From a virus (lineage: Duplodnaviria > Caudoviricetes), in IMG/VR virus record IMGVR_UViG_3300009092_000002, positions 12,504 through 76,503 of that record: a stretch of 64,000 bases of DNA. The stretch is one strand, 5' to 3'. Of this stretch, positions 17,800 through 26,450 are shown in pieces (position 1 is the first letter of the stretch; every line of letters begins with the position of its first letter). The notes beneath the pieces are model-generated. The model made no database searches and was not told where the DNA came from. It was given only the letters and a program-made list of their open reading frames with translations. The position numbers and the translations under genes are program-made.

Positions 17800-19704
17800 T
17801 TACCTGTTCCGCCACATGCCCCGCCAGTACGGTCGAATCTGCGCCAAGTCGAACCACTCGTTAACCGCATTCGTCCGAACGCGCACCGAGAAATTGTCCA
17901 CGTCCTGCAGGTCGAACTGAACATCGGCGTCCTGATCCGGAGCCGCTGCCAACGTCGCGGTGGATGCTGCATTGCGCGTGCGGTCAGGGCTGTACGCGGT
18001 GATCGCCAGCGTTCCTGCGCCCTTCACGCTGAGCTGCAGCCTGCCGACGCGGCTCGACTGCAGGGAGTCTCCCGAGTCCAAAACCTGTCCGGTCTCATAA
18101 ATGCCGTCGATGGCCACTCCCTGGTCGTTGCGTTGATTTTCAACTTCCTTCAAAATCTGGCCAGACGCTGCAGGCCCAACCCACAACACCGATTCGTTAT
18201 TGGTCTCCTGAACCATCCCGAGCGAAGAGAATAGGCCGCTGGCGAACAGGCTTGTACTGTACGTGTAGATCGCAATATCCACGTCGTACGGTGTCATTCC
18301 CTTGGAATAATCGACAACAATGACGTGACTCAGTTCGGTCGCCGAGTCCAGCGGAACGCCGACAAGACAACGCTGCTTAATGAAGTCGTCAACTACCTCG
18401 ACGGCGTAAGCAGCTGACCAGTTGATCCGGTCCCACTCTGCGCACAAATACGTGATCGGCTTCTCTTCGTAGACACCACGGAAAAGAAACAGGCCAGCCT
18501 GCGCTGCAACCCAGCCGTAGTCGCCGGCAGTTCGATCCGTCACGCCCAGCGGGGCAAGGGTTCCAATCGCGCCGGAGATAACCTGAATTGCTCCCCATGT
18601 CGTCGGATACCCACCGCGATCCGACATGCCGTAGGTCCAGGTCGGCCCGATCAGATATAGAATTCCGCGAATCACTAGGGCCGTGATGACCCGCCGCACT
18701 CCGGGCATCTGCCGCTTATGTAGCGCAGTCGTAATTGCCTGGTGGTTGTTCTCGTCGCTGATCCATACATCGGTATCGGCTATATAGACTATGCGCTGCC
18801 CGAACTGCTTCACGAAACCGGGAGAGAACGGCCCTACTCCTGACGAATTCTGCGTATCGTAGTCGAAGTTATCGACCACTTCGGTTCCGCGAGCCGCAAG
18901 GTCCTCGTCTGAAACATTGATATCCCAGAAAAAACTGAATCCAGGCGTCCCGCCCGGCAGCGCTACGGGATCTCCGCCATCGGTTCCCGCTGGAACGAAG
19001 TACCAGATATTTGGATTGTCCTCCCGGGTCATTATCGGATAGGCCAAATCCGCGTCCGTTGGAATATTGGCGACCACAGTAAAGCGCAACTTCTCAGAAC
19101 CCGTGCTTGTGAAGCTGGCTGGCGTGAAAACTGAGCCGACAACCGGGCCGGGACGCCCTGGAAAGCCAGAGCGTGACTGCATGATGAATCCGAGATAGTG
19201 AAGGCCTGCTGTGACGACGCCCGAACCAACAGGCTCACTGCCGGTCGCGGACGTGACGGCCATCGGCGCAGCGAATGCCTTGTCGGCAGGGTAACCAGCT
19301 AGCGTGCTGTTGACAACACGCGCCTCGGATTGTCCTAAACTCGAAGTGTTGAAGACGGCGATGAATGCGCGTGGTCCGCCTTCGGCCACAGCCGCAGCGC
19401 GGATGCTGGCCACCGTGAAAAGGGAGGTGGCTACGCTGGTCGCGATATTGAGGGCCTTTACGGTCGTTCCTTCTGTATAGATGACCTGATTGAGGCCACT
19501 GGTGATCCAGTTGTAGATAGAAGTGACTTTCGCGGAGACGGCAAAGCGGTTTGCAAAGCCGTCCCGCGTGACAACGCGGCCAGGGGGGAATTTGACGTTC
19601 TGGCAAACGAACGCCCGATTTGCCTTGGCCTTAATTAGGTCGAGTTTTGTCCATGCCCCACGAAGCGAAGTGATTAGCTTTGTGGACCATTTGGCGAGGT
19701 ACAT
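17800..19704 (-). CDS. Tail nozzle/stabilisation protein (T7 gp12 / P22 gp10-like)
   Basis: Size, beta-propeller-like composition, C-terminal YETG...RLQL...FSVRV pattern, gene position. Confidence 0.6.
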   Translation of the reverse strand: MYLAKWSTKLITSLRGAWTKLDLIKAKANRAFVCQNVKFPPGRVVTRDGFANRFAVSAKVTSIYNWITSGLNQVIYTEGTTVKALNIATSVATSLFTVASIRAAAVAEGGPRAFIAVFNTSSLGQSEARVVNSTLAGYPADKAFAAPMAVTSATGSEPVGSGVVTAGLHYLGFIMQSRSGFPGRPGPVVGSVFTPASFTSTGSEKLRFTVVANIPTDADLAYPIMTREDNPNIWYFVPAGTDGGDPVALPGGTPGFSFFWDINVSDEDLAARGTEVVDNFDYDTQNSSGVGPFSPGFVKQFGQRIVYIADTDVWISDENNHQAITTALHKRQMPGVRRVITALVIRGILYLIGPTWTYGMSDRGGYPTTWGAIQVISGAIGTLAPLGVTDRTAGDYGWVAAQAGLFLFRGVYEEKPITYLCAEWDRINWSAAYAVEVVDDFIKQRCLVGVPLDSATELSHVIVVDYSKGMTPYDVDIAIYTYSTSLFASGLFSSLGMVQETNNESVLWVGPAASGQILKEVENQRNDQGVAIDGIYETGQVLDSGDSLQSSRVGRLQLSVKGAGTLAITAYSPDRTRNAASTATLAAAPDQDADVQFDLQDVDNFSVRVRTNAVNEWFDLAQIRPYWRGMWRNR

Positions 19705-19710
19705 CTGAAT

Positions 19711-20289
19711 TTACGTTGTGAAGCTGCCGATTGAATACACCGTGTATGCTTCTGCCGCAGCGGTTACATTGGTGAGTACAACCAGGAACCGACGCGAAGC
19801 GTTCTGCGCGATAGTCATCGTTCCGCTGAGCGTTGCCCCAGATCCGGCTGTTACGGTGATGGTTTCCGCTGCGTCTGCTGTATTGGTGATTTGGAACTCG
19901 AACGATTGCCCAACGACAGCGCCGGGAATAGCGGCGACGAGCAACGCGGCGGTCGGCGTCACGTCGGATCGATTCGCGCCGTTCGGATCGCGGAGGAGCA
20001 AGCCTCCGAGAATCTGAGCGGCGGTGTAGGTGGCCGCACCAGCAGTAGTAATTGTCGAGACAGTGCGAGAGGCGAGCGGGATCAGGTTTGGAATCTGAAC
20101 TTTGTCGCCAGCCGTAAGGCGCATAAGTTCGACCACTCCAGTGCCTGCTGCGTTGACTGCAGTGATCGCTTCGTTGTTAAGGGCAATTGGAGGAATGGCG
20201 CGATTGGTGACGCTCTTTCCCCACCAATATGCGTCCATGACGCGAGCCAGAACCGCTTCGATTGCGTAGTTTCCAGTTGGATAGGGCAT
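19711..20289 (-). CDS. Head decoration/minor structural protein
   Basis: TAAQILGGLLLRDP...PTAALLVAAI...ETITVTAG motif typical of phage structural proteins. Confidence 0.55.
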   Translation of the reverse strand: MPYPTGNYAIEAVLARVMDAYWWGKSVTNRAIPPIALNNEAITAVNAAGTGVVELMRLTAGDKVQIPNLIPLASRTVSTITTAGAATYTAAQILGGLLLRDPNGANRSDVTPTAALLVAAIPGAVVGQSFEFQITNTADAAETITVTAGSGATLSGTMTIAQNASRRFLVVLTNVTAAAEAYTVYSIGSFTT

Positions 20290-20319
20290 CGTGTTTTCTC
20301 CTTATATCGATGTCCTCCC

Positions 20320-20694
20320 TTAGCTGGGGGAACCAGGCGAGAAGAAGATCAGGCCGGTGATGGTACCCTGCGTAGTAATCGCGCCATCGGAAAGCTCGGT
20401 AGCTCCATTCCACAGCCTGACCGTCGCGGTCCCGTCCGAAACCAGGGTGATCTGCGCGGCGTAGCCCAGCGAGTTTCTGGCCAGAATATACACGATGTCG
20501 TTGAACTTCACCTGTAATTCGATGCCGACAGAATTGAGCAGTGCCGTAAAGTCGGCAGCGGCAATCGTAATGCCGCCGGTCGCCGTGGCGTAAGTTTCGG
20601 TTGTCACCAGCTTAAAGGGAATCACTCCCACCATCCGGATCACCGGCAGAACCGCGCCTTTCGGGGCGGGGAAGAAAGAAAGTGTATTGGCCAT
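20320..20694 (-). CDS. Minor structural protein
   Basis: YATATGG motif and position after the head genes. Confidence 0.5.
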   Translation of the reverse strand: MANTLSFFPAPKGAVLPVIRMVGVIPFKLVTTETYATATGGITIAAADFTALLNSVGIELQVKFNDIVYILARNSLGYAAQITLVSDGTATVRLWNGATELSDGAITTQGTITGLIFFSPGSPS

Positions 20695-20776
20695 CTCGTT
20701 TGTTCTCCTGTTTACGTCGTCTAGGCTTTCGCGCGCCTCGATTTACAATTCCCCCGCTGGCGCGTCCGGCGAGAGA

Positions 20777-21721
20777 CTAAATTTGTCCGTTGGCTAGAAG
20801 TAGATCGCCCGTGATCGGAATGTACGGCGATAGGAAAGTGATCGTCGATCCGGCTAGCGTGTAGTGGACGTTGGGATATTGCAGGATTCCCCGATTGTGT
20901 AGTTCCAGGTATCTCGGAGTCTGGTCCAACGTATAAACCGCAAGTCCGTCAGTGCCGTCAGTCCCACTCGGAGTTCCAGTGATGATGAACGGAATCATAT
21001 TCTCTGTCGTCCCCGCTACGAAGAACCGAGCACCCAACCTTGCAAGCGTCGGCACGCCGGCACGGAAAGGCCTCGGGGCGACCGGGATGTTCTGCTGCGC
21101 CGTTATCATCGGGCCGATCAAGCGTCTTGCGTCGCCGCCAACAATCCCTTCGTGGAATCTTGGACCTACTGCTTGGGTCATCAGATCCTTGCCAAGCTCG
21201 GGATCTCCCTTGCGGGGGGCCGCAAATGCTGCCGTCAGCTTTGCTAGAAGCAGGCGAACGCCATCGATGCCAACGGACCCAGTAGCGGGAACCGCACCGC
21301 TCGCATAATACGTGATCTGCAGTTGGCGGGCAGTGCTGGCTGCGACGAAATAGAACGTATCGTCGCGCCACTCAAATTCCATGAGGTTGTCGGACGAATC
21401 CCGTTGCCACAGATTGTCAACCTGATTGACCGGCGAATACCTATCGGACGATCCGCTGAGCCGCTCTTCGAGTTGAATAACTTCCCCAAAATCCGCAATT
21501 CCTGCAGTTGCTGGCGTCAGGCTTGCCGTGCTCACCGGCAGCGTATACGTCGTGACTTTTTTGACCTTCTGGATTTCGTAGAGAACAAACAGGTCAGCCA
21601 GCGTGAGATACGCCATACTGAACGCCCACGTTTGGATAGGCGCCGTGAATCTACTTCCCGCCGTGTCATCCAAAAACTCCAGGGCGTCTGCCTTGATCGC
21701 CTCTACAGTGCTGATCGCCAT
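20777..21721 (-). CDS. Head-tail adaptor (T7 gp11-like) with C-terminal Ig-like extension
   Basis: Helical N-terminus (EAIKADALEFLDD), position, C-terminal HYTLAGSTITF...P..GD.L. Confidence 0.55.
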   Translation of the reverse strand: MAISTVEAIKADALEFLDDTAGSRFTAPIQTWAFSMAYLTLADLFVLYEIQKVKKVTTYTLPVSTASLTPATAGIADFGEVIQLEERLSGSSDRYSPVNQVDNLWQRDSSDNLMEFEWRDDTFYFVAASTARQLQITYYASGAVPATGSVGIDGVRLLLAKLTAAFAAPRKGDPELGKDLMTQAVGPRFHEGIVGGDARRLIGPMITAQQNIPVAPRPFRAGVPTLARLGARFFVAGTTENMIPFIITGTPSGTDGTDGLAVYTLDQTPRYLELHNRGILQYPNVHYTLAGSTITFLSPYIPITGDLLLANGQI

Positions 21722-21725
21722 CTAT

Positions 21726-22400
21726 TTAGGCAGCCTGAATCGCCTTCATCGCCGCTTTCTTTTTGGCCTCAAGCGCCGCGAACAGTTCGAAGTTAACGAC
21801 GTTGCCGCAGCCGAAGCATGTAGCCGCATTAACCGGAACATTCTTGCGGCAGTACGGACACTCGGTCACGTCGAGATCGCTTGGAGGATTGAGCCACGCT
21901 GGCTCACGGCCGAGACCCATTGCCGCGACACGCATGAGCCACGTGATTGCCTTGGCGCTCCGTGGATCGGTTGCGAGGCTGTTCGCGAATTCCATGCGAT
22001 CCGCAAAGAACAGGCTCTGCGCCTGACGGCCGGCCGTGATCTCCGCTTCGGTCGCCTTGCCGGGCTCTCCGCCTTGCCCAGGATCGGCGCACATCCACAC
22101 GCCAGGGTGGCATCCGGCGCTCATGCCGGGAGAACCCTGAGTGGCGTGCTTCAGAAAATCCAGGCCAACCTCTTCGGCGCTGAACTTCTCCTTGATCTCC
22201 ATGTGGCTGACCGGCGCTCGGTTGGATTCGTATTGATCCTCGATCACCTTGTAAACAGGATTCTTGACGCGCTCGCGAATTACGTCAGCGGAGCAGTTTG
22301 CGGGAACACCTTCGATCCAGAACTGTCCAGTTGGAATGAATCGCGGGCGGGAGATCCCGACCGTCAGCGGATAAATCGATGCGATTGTTACTTGGCTCAT
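21726..22400 (-). CDS. Hypothetical protein with C-terminal zinc ribbon
   Basis: CPYC...CFGC. Confidence 0.65.
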   Translation of the reverse strand: MSQVTIASIYPLTVGISRPRFIPTGQFWIEGVPANCSADVIRERVKNPVYKVIEDQYESNRAPVSHMEIKEKFSAEEVGLDFLKHATQGSPGMSAGCHPGVWMCADPGQGGEPGKATEAEITAGRQAQSLFFADRMEFANSLATDPRSAKAITWLMRVAAMGLGREPAWLNPPSDLDVTECPYCRKNVPVNAATCFGCGNVVNFELFAALEAKKKAAMKAIQAA

Positions 22401-22406
22401 AAAGTT

Positions 22407-23021
22407 TTAAATTCCTCCAAACGAAACGCTGCCACCGCGCGACGCGCCGAGTTTGTCTTCGAGCGCCTTGCCGTTGTCGAATGCCGGCCAAAAGTCGTCC
22501 ACGATGTCTTTGAATTCCTTCTTTTTGTCGTCAATGGGCTTCTGCGCTTCGCGGCGACACATGTCGAGAACTTCACTCCAGTTCGCCGACTCCTGTGCCC
22601 GGATGCGGGCTATTACCATCTTTGTGTCTTCCTCGTCCGGCTCCTGCTCGGGATCGAACTGCGTATTCTCGATGGCGTAATACTGTCCCTTGTACGGGTA
22701 AGGGAAGTCGAGCCCGATACTGTTCGCCCACTGCTCAGGAGTGAGTGTCGGGGTTTTGAATTGCGCGAGCACCCAGCAGTCTCGCTCGAATTTCTCTGCC
22801 CAAGAGTAGCGACGATAGCGGGGCTCGACTAGGATGAGTCGCGGCCCAGGAAGGAAAAGTCCGCCAGCGCCCCTTGCTTGCGGCTGCAAGACGTTCTTTG
22901 TTCCCTCTTTGACGAAGTAAAACAGCTCTGCGGCGCGCTTCCAGGCGTAGCGGGGCTGGTCGGAGACGAGTCCGAGAGACAGGCCTAGTTGCTTGTTGAG
23001 GTTTGAGATGCGTTTGTTCAT
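22407..23021 (-). CDS. Hypothetical phage head-region protein
   Basis: ORF track; coherent composition. Confidence 0.6.
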   Translation of the reverse strand: MNKRISNLNKQLGLSLGLVSDQPRYAWKRAAELFYFVKEGTKNVLQPQARGAGGLFLPGPRLILVEPRYRRYSWAEKFERDCWVLAQFKTPTLTPEQWANSIGLDFPYPYKGQYYAIENTQFDPEQEPDEEDTKMVIARIRAQESANWSEVLDMCRREAQKPIDDKKKEFKDIVDDFWPAFDNGKALEDKLGASRGGSVSFGGI

Positions 23022-23052
23022 GGGGTCGTGTGGGCCGACCCCGGAGGGGCGG

Positions 23053-23739
23053 CTACTGCTGTGTTCGGGCTAGGCGGCGGCGTTCACGGCGTCTAGCAAG
23101 ATACGCTTCGCGGTTCTCGGATTGATACTTGTCGATAAAGCTTCGCCGACAAATTTTGCAGCCACGGCCAATTCCTGTCTTTGTCTTGTACTCGTAGAGG
23201 TTGTCGCCGGAAAGCGGATGACCATTGATACAATGTGTTTTCTCAGGCAGAGGGTTGGCGGCACGGAATGCCCGATATCGAGCCGCGCAACGAAGTCGAT
23301 CACACTCCCGACAGCCACGATGCCCGTCTTTGTGTATCGTGTTTCCTGGTGTGTACTCGTGACCCTGTGGACAACGGGTAATTGAGCGTTCAATAAACCC
23401 GCGACCGTTCGGCGTAACGTCAACATGTTGGAGCGCAGTGCGTGATTCAAGGTGGTCCGGGTTACAGCAGGCAGGGTTCTCGCATTTGTGATGAATCTGA
23501 TTTCCCTGCGGGATCGGGCCAATTGCAAGCCTATATGCAAGGCAGTGAGTCTGTATTGGACACTTTGATCCTGTGACGATTCGCAAAGACAATCGACCAT
23601 AGCCCTTGCATTTTGACCCCTGCCACTCCCAGCAGTCGGTTTCCTTTTTGAGGCTAAGGCGCGATGAAAATCTGTATAGATCACTAGTCGAGAGTCCGAG
23701 AAGGTTTCGCTGAAAAGACGGGGCATGAAGGTTGTCCAT
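23053..23739 (-). CDS. HNH homing endonuclease with two C-terminal Zn-finger-like repeats
   Basis: DCWEWQG...GYG...H...HHKCENPACCNPDHL; CPQGHEYT...CREC and CINGH...CKIC. Confidence 0.85.
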   Translation of the reverse strand: MDNLHAPSFQRNLLGLSTSDLYRFSSRLSLKKETDCWEWQGSKCKGYGRLSLRIVTGSKCPIQTHCLAYRLAIGPIPQGNQIHHKCENPACCNPDHLESRTALQHVDVTPNGRGFIERSITRCPQGHEYTPGNTIHKDGHRGCRECDRLRCAARYRAFRAANPLPEKTHCINGHPLSGDNLYEYKTKTGIGRGCKICRRSFIDKYQSENREAYLARRRERRRLARTQQ

Positions 23740-23786
23740 GCCCCTATTTTGACTTGTCTATATGTTATAAGTCAAACAAAATAGTA

Positions 23787-25058
23787 CTATTGGTAAAGCG
23801 GCGGCGCGGTAAGTCCGTAAATGAACCCTCCAGCCCCAGGGCGGACGTTGTACGGTTGCTCTTCACAGGTTAGCCCGAACCACACTGCCGCCGCAGGCCC
23901 ACCAGACCCGCCGGACAGTTGGAAGAACCGGGCATCGGCTCCACTCTTGCCGGGCGTCTCGAAGAAGTCCATCTCGCCGAGTCGCGCCCATCCCCACAGT
24001 TCCGGGATGATGTAGTCGATGCGGGTTTCGTCCTGATGGATATCGACCATGTGAGGCATTCCGCACCACATGAACGATTTCTTGCCCTTCAGTTTCGGTA
24101 GCCGGTCCACCGCTTCGGCTTGAGTGGAGCCGAGATCGATGCGTTGGATAGACATCACGTTCATCCAGATCGCTGCCTGTTGCGACGTCGGGCACAGGCC
24201 GACCATATTGTCCGCCTGCTTGCCGAAGCGCTTTAGGTTGCGGTGGTAGAGCGCCATACCGTGCTCGTGGGTGAGTCCACCGGCAGCGTTGACCGAGTTG
24301 GCGATAATCTCGTTCTCGTTGGCGCGGTTGATGCCGAGCGTGGTTCCGGAAGTGGCCGAGTTATTGAAGTATGGAATACCCTGGATTCCAGCCGGAGACG
24401 CGCCGGAGGTTCCCTCGAAGCACATCTTGTCGGTGGCAACGGGGCTGGTAACAAGTCCGCTCAGTAGGATAGTGCGAGCGCCGGGGTCCCACTGCTGGAT
24501 GTAGAGCGTGCTTGAACTTTTAAGTGTGGCGAGCGTGGTGTCGTAGATGTTGAGGAACTGGCCACGGCGCAGACGCATCACGCCAAAGTTTGCGTCCATC
24601 GTGTACTGCGTCTTACTGGAGACGGTAGCGGTTGCAACGGCAGTCGCCAGAACGGCTGTTCCATCGCAATGCAGGAACTTGTCGCGGTAGACCATGAATT
24701 CGGGAACTGCGTCCGCGATCATCGCTTTGAACGGATTCTTGATGGCAATCGTCTTGTTCCGCGTCGCCTTGATCGACAGGTGGTCGATTTCAAAATTTAG
24801 GCGCAGCGGGAAATAGCTGGAGATCATCACGACGCCGCTCGATGCGGTGCCGCGGCCCATGTCGCCGCCTTGCGGGTTGTAGGTTCCGACACGGCCGCCG
24901 TTCGTTACCTGGGCCGGGATACGGAAATCGCGCTCGCCGACTTCGGTGACTTCTCCCTTGTCGATCAGATCCGCCGCCACGTTCCACGGCATGGAAATCC
25001 ATTTGTCGAGCTTTTTGCGGACTACCTCGGACTGTTGATAAAGCTGGGCAGTACTCAT
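23787..25058 (-). CDS. Major capsid protein (HK97 fold)
   Basis: 423 aa after scaffold; RIP...GG, DGT.V.A, GI.YF...GT..GINR motifs. Confidence 0.8.
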   Translation of the reverse strand: MSTAQLYQQSEVVRKKLDKWISMPWNVAADLIDKGEVTEVGERDFRIPAQVTNGGRVGTYNPQGGDMGRGTASSGVVMISSYFPLRLNFEIDHLSIKATRNKTIAIKNPFKAMIADAVPEFMVYRDKFLHCDGTAVLATAVATATVSSKTQYTMDANFGVMRLRRGQFLNIYDTTLATLKSSSTLYIQQWDPGARTILLSGLVTSPVATDKMCFEGTSGASPAGIQGIPYFNNSATSGTTLGINRANENEIIANSVNAAGGLTHEHGMALYHRNLKRFGKQADNMVGLCPTSQQAAIWMNVMSIQRIDLGSTQAEAVDRLPKLKGKKSFMWCGMPHMVDIHQDETRIDYIIPELWGWARLGEMDFFETPGKSGADARFFQLSGGSGGPAAAVWFGLTCEEQPYNVRPGAGGFIYGLTAPPLYQ

Positions 25059-25079
25059 CTTTTCCTCGTTGAGTGCGCG

Positions 25080-26441
25080 CTACCCGAGAAGGGCGTCCAA
25101 TTCCCGGCGAAAACTCTGCTCTCCGTTCCAAGGTCCGGTATCTTTTGCTGGAATGAGAGACGTTTTCGGGGCTGGACCGCCACCGCTGGGCGCTCGCTTG
25201 TTTTGAGCAGCCGCAAGGCGCTCGTGCTTAGAGTCGATGTTCACTTTCAGCGACCTGCCTGCCTCAGATGTGATCGCCGGAAGGTGCTTCTGGACGATCT
25301 GCTGGGCCCTCGATTCGTGCCTACGGACAATTCGCGCCGCAATCTCCTGCCGCTTCTGTTCAGAAGGGGCCATCCGCGCCGACTTGAGCTCGATCATCAT
25401 CAGGCGCTGCCATTCGGCGTCGCCTTTGAGTTCGTTCTGGACAAGGCTATTCAGCCGGTCCTGTATAGCTCCGAAGGTCTCGGAAAGTTGGGCTTTGTCG
25501 TAGTTCGGTTTGATGCCGGCGAGTGAAGTTTCCACTACTTTGTGGACCGCCGATTTGGAGTCTGTGTCTGCTTTTACTCGGAAATCCTGCCATTGCCGAT
25601 CGATCGCCGGCTGGGGCGCTGCGGTTCGCGTGGCCTGGTCTTGTCTCGGCTGGGGCGTGGCCCGCTGCTTGGGAGTTACCTGGACGACCTTTCCCTCATC
25701 GTCGATGTATCGATTGAACAGGCGCTTCTCGATATGCTGCGCCGAGCGAGTCAGGTTTACGTCACCCTCGGCCTTAGCCAGCTCGTAGAGATCCTTGATA
25801 AGGATGTCTGCCGCGCGACCCTGTAATTCTCGATACGCCGCGGGATGCTTCTCAGCGATCGTGTCGAAGAACGTCGCGGCGAACGGAACCATTGGGTCCG
25901 AAGAGACGTCGCCGTTTGTCAAGGCGTCCTGCGCTTGGCCGAGAAAGTGATCGACGATGCCGCGTGGATTGGCTCCGAGGAAATCAAGGCGCATCTCCTG
26001 GTGGCCCAGAAACGCTTTGTCGCGGATATCGATGGCTTCACGAAGAGCCTCTACCGTAGGTGGCTTGCCGTCTTCCGTCAGGGGAACTAGACGCTGTTCC
26101 ATCTCACGGCGAAAATGGTGGCCTTCCTCGAACGTGCGATAGCGCTGTTCGTTGAGACGGAATTCTTTCTTGCCGTCCTTGTCGATGACGCGGACGCCTT
26201 CCGGCAGATCGGGAGCAGCTTCAACTGGTGGCGCTTCCTCTTGGACCGGCGCTTCCTCGGCGACGGCTTCGACCGGAGGGATCTCTTCGACCGTTGACTC
26301 CTCGACTGTCGTGGCTTCTTCGGTCGCAGCCTCAACGGCTTGCTCGGTGGACTCCTCGACGGCCGGAGTCTCTTCCGCGAATGTCGATTCGAGATCGGCG
26401 GCGAAAGAAGGGTTCTCGCCTACAGCTAATTCATCTGCCAT
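25080..26441 (-). CDS. Scaffolding protein
   Basis: Highly acidic disordered N-terminus, helical body, between portal and capsid. Confidence 0.65.
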   Translation of the reverse strand: MADELAVGENPSFAADLESTFAEETPAVEESTEQAVEAATEEATTVEESTVEEIPPVEAVAEEAPVQEEAPPVEAAPDLPEGVRVIDKDGKKEFRLNEQRYRTFEEGHHFRREMEQRLVPLTEDGKPPTVEALREAIDIRDKAFLGHQEMRLDFLGANPRGIVDHFLGQAQDALTNGDVSSDPMVPFAATFFDTIAEKHPAAYRELQGRAADILIKDLYELAKAEGDVNLTRSAQHIEKRLFNRYIDDEGKVVQVTPKQRATPQPRQDQATRTAAPQPAIDRQWQDFRVKADTDSKSAVHKVVETSLAGIKPNYDKAQLSETFGAIQDRLNSLVQNELKGDAEWQRLMMIELKSARMAPSEQKRQEIAARIVRRHESRAQQIVQKHLPAITSEAGRSLKVNIDSKHERLAAAQNKRAPSGGGPAPKTSLIPAKDTGPWNGEQSFRRELDALLG

Positions 26442-26450
26442 GCGTTTTCC

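Noticed and set aside
17354-17857. N-terminal extension of the 665-aa ORF, and the integrase extension 51463-51540
   Set aside because: The first overlaps 17317-17799 in another frame; in both cases the internal ATG (17353, 51462) gives the expected protein start
21603-22832. 409-aa plus-strand ORF and similar long shadow ORFs (892-1986, 13655-14347, 49817-50485, 49909-50694)
   Set aside because: Antisense or out-of-frame overlaps of well-supported genes in GC-rich DNA; no motifs
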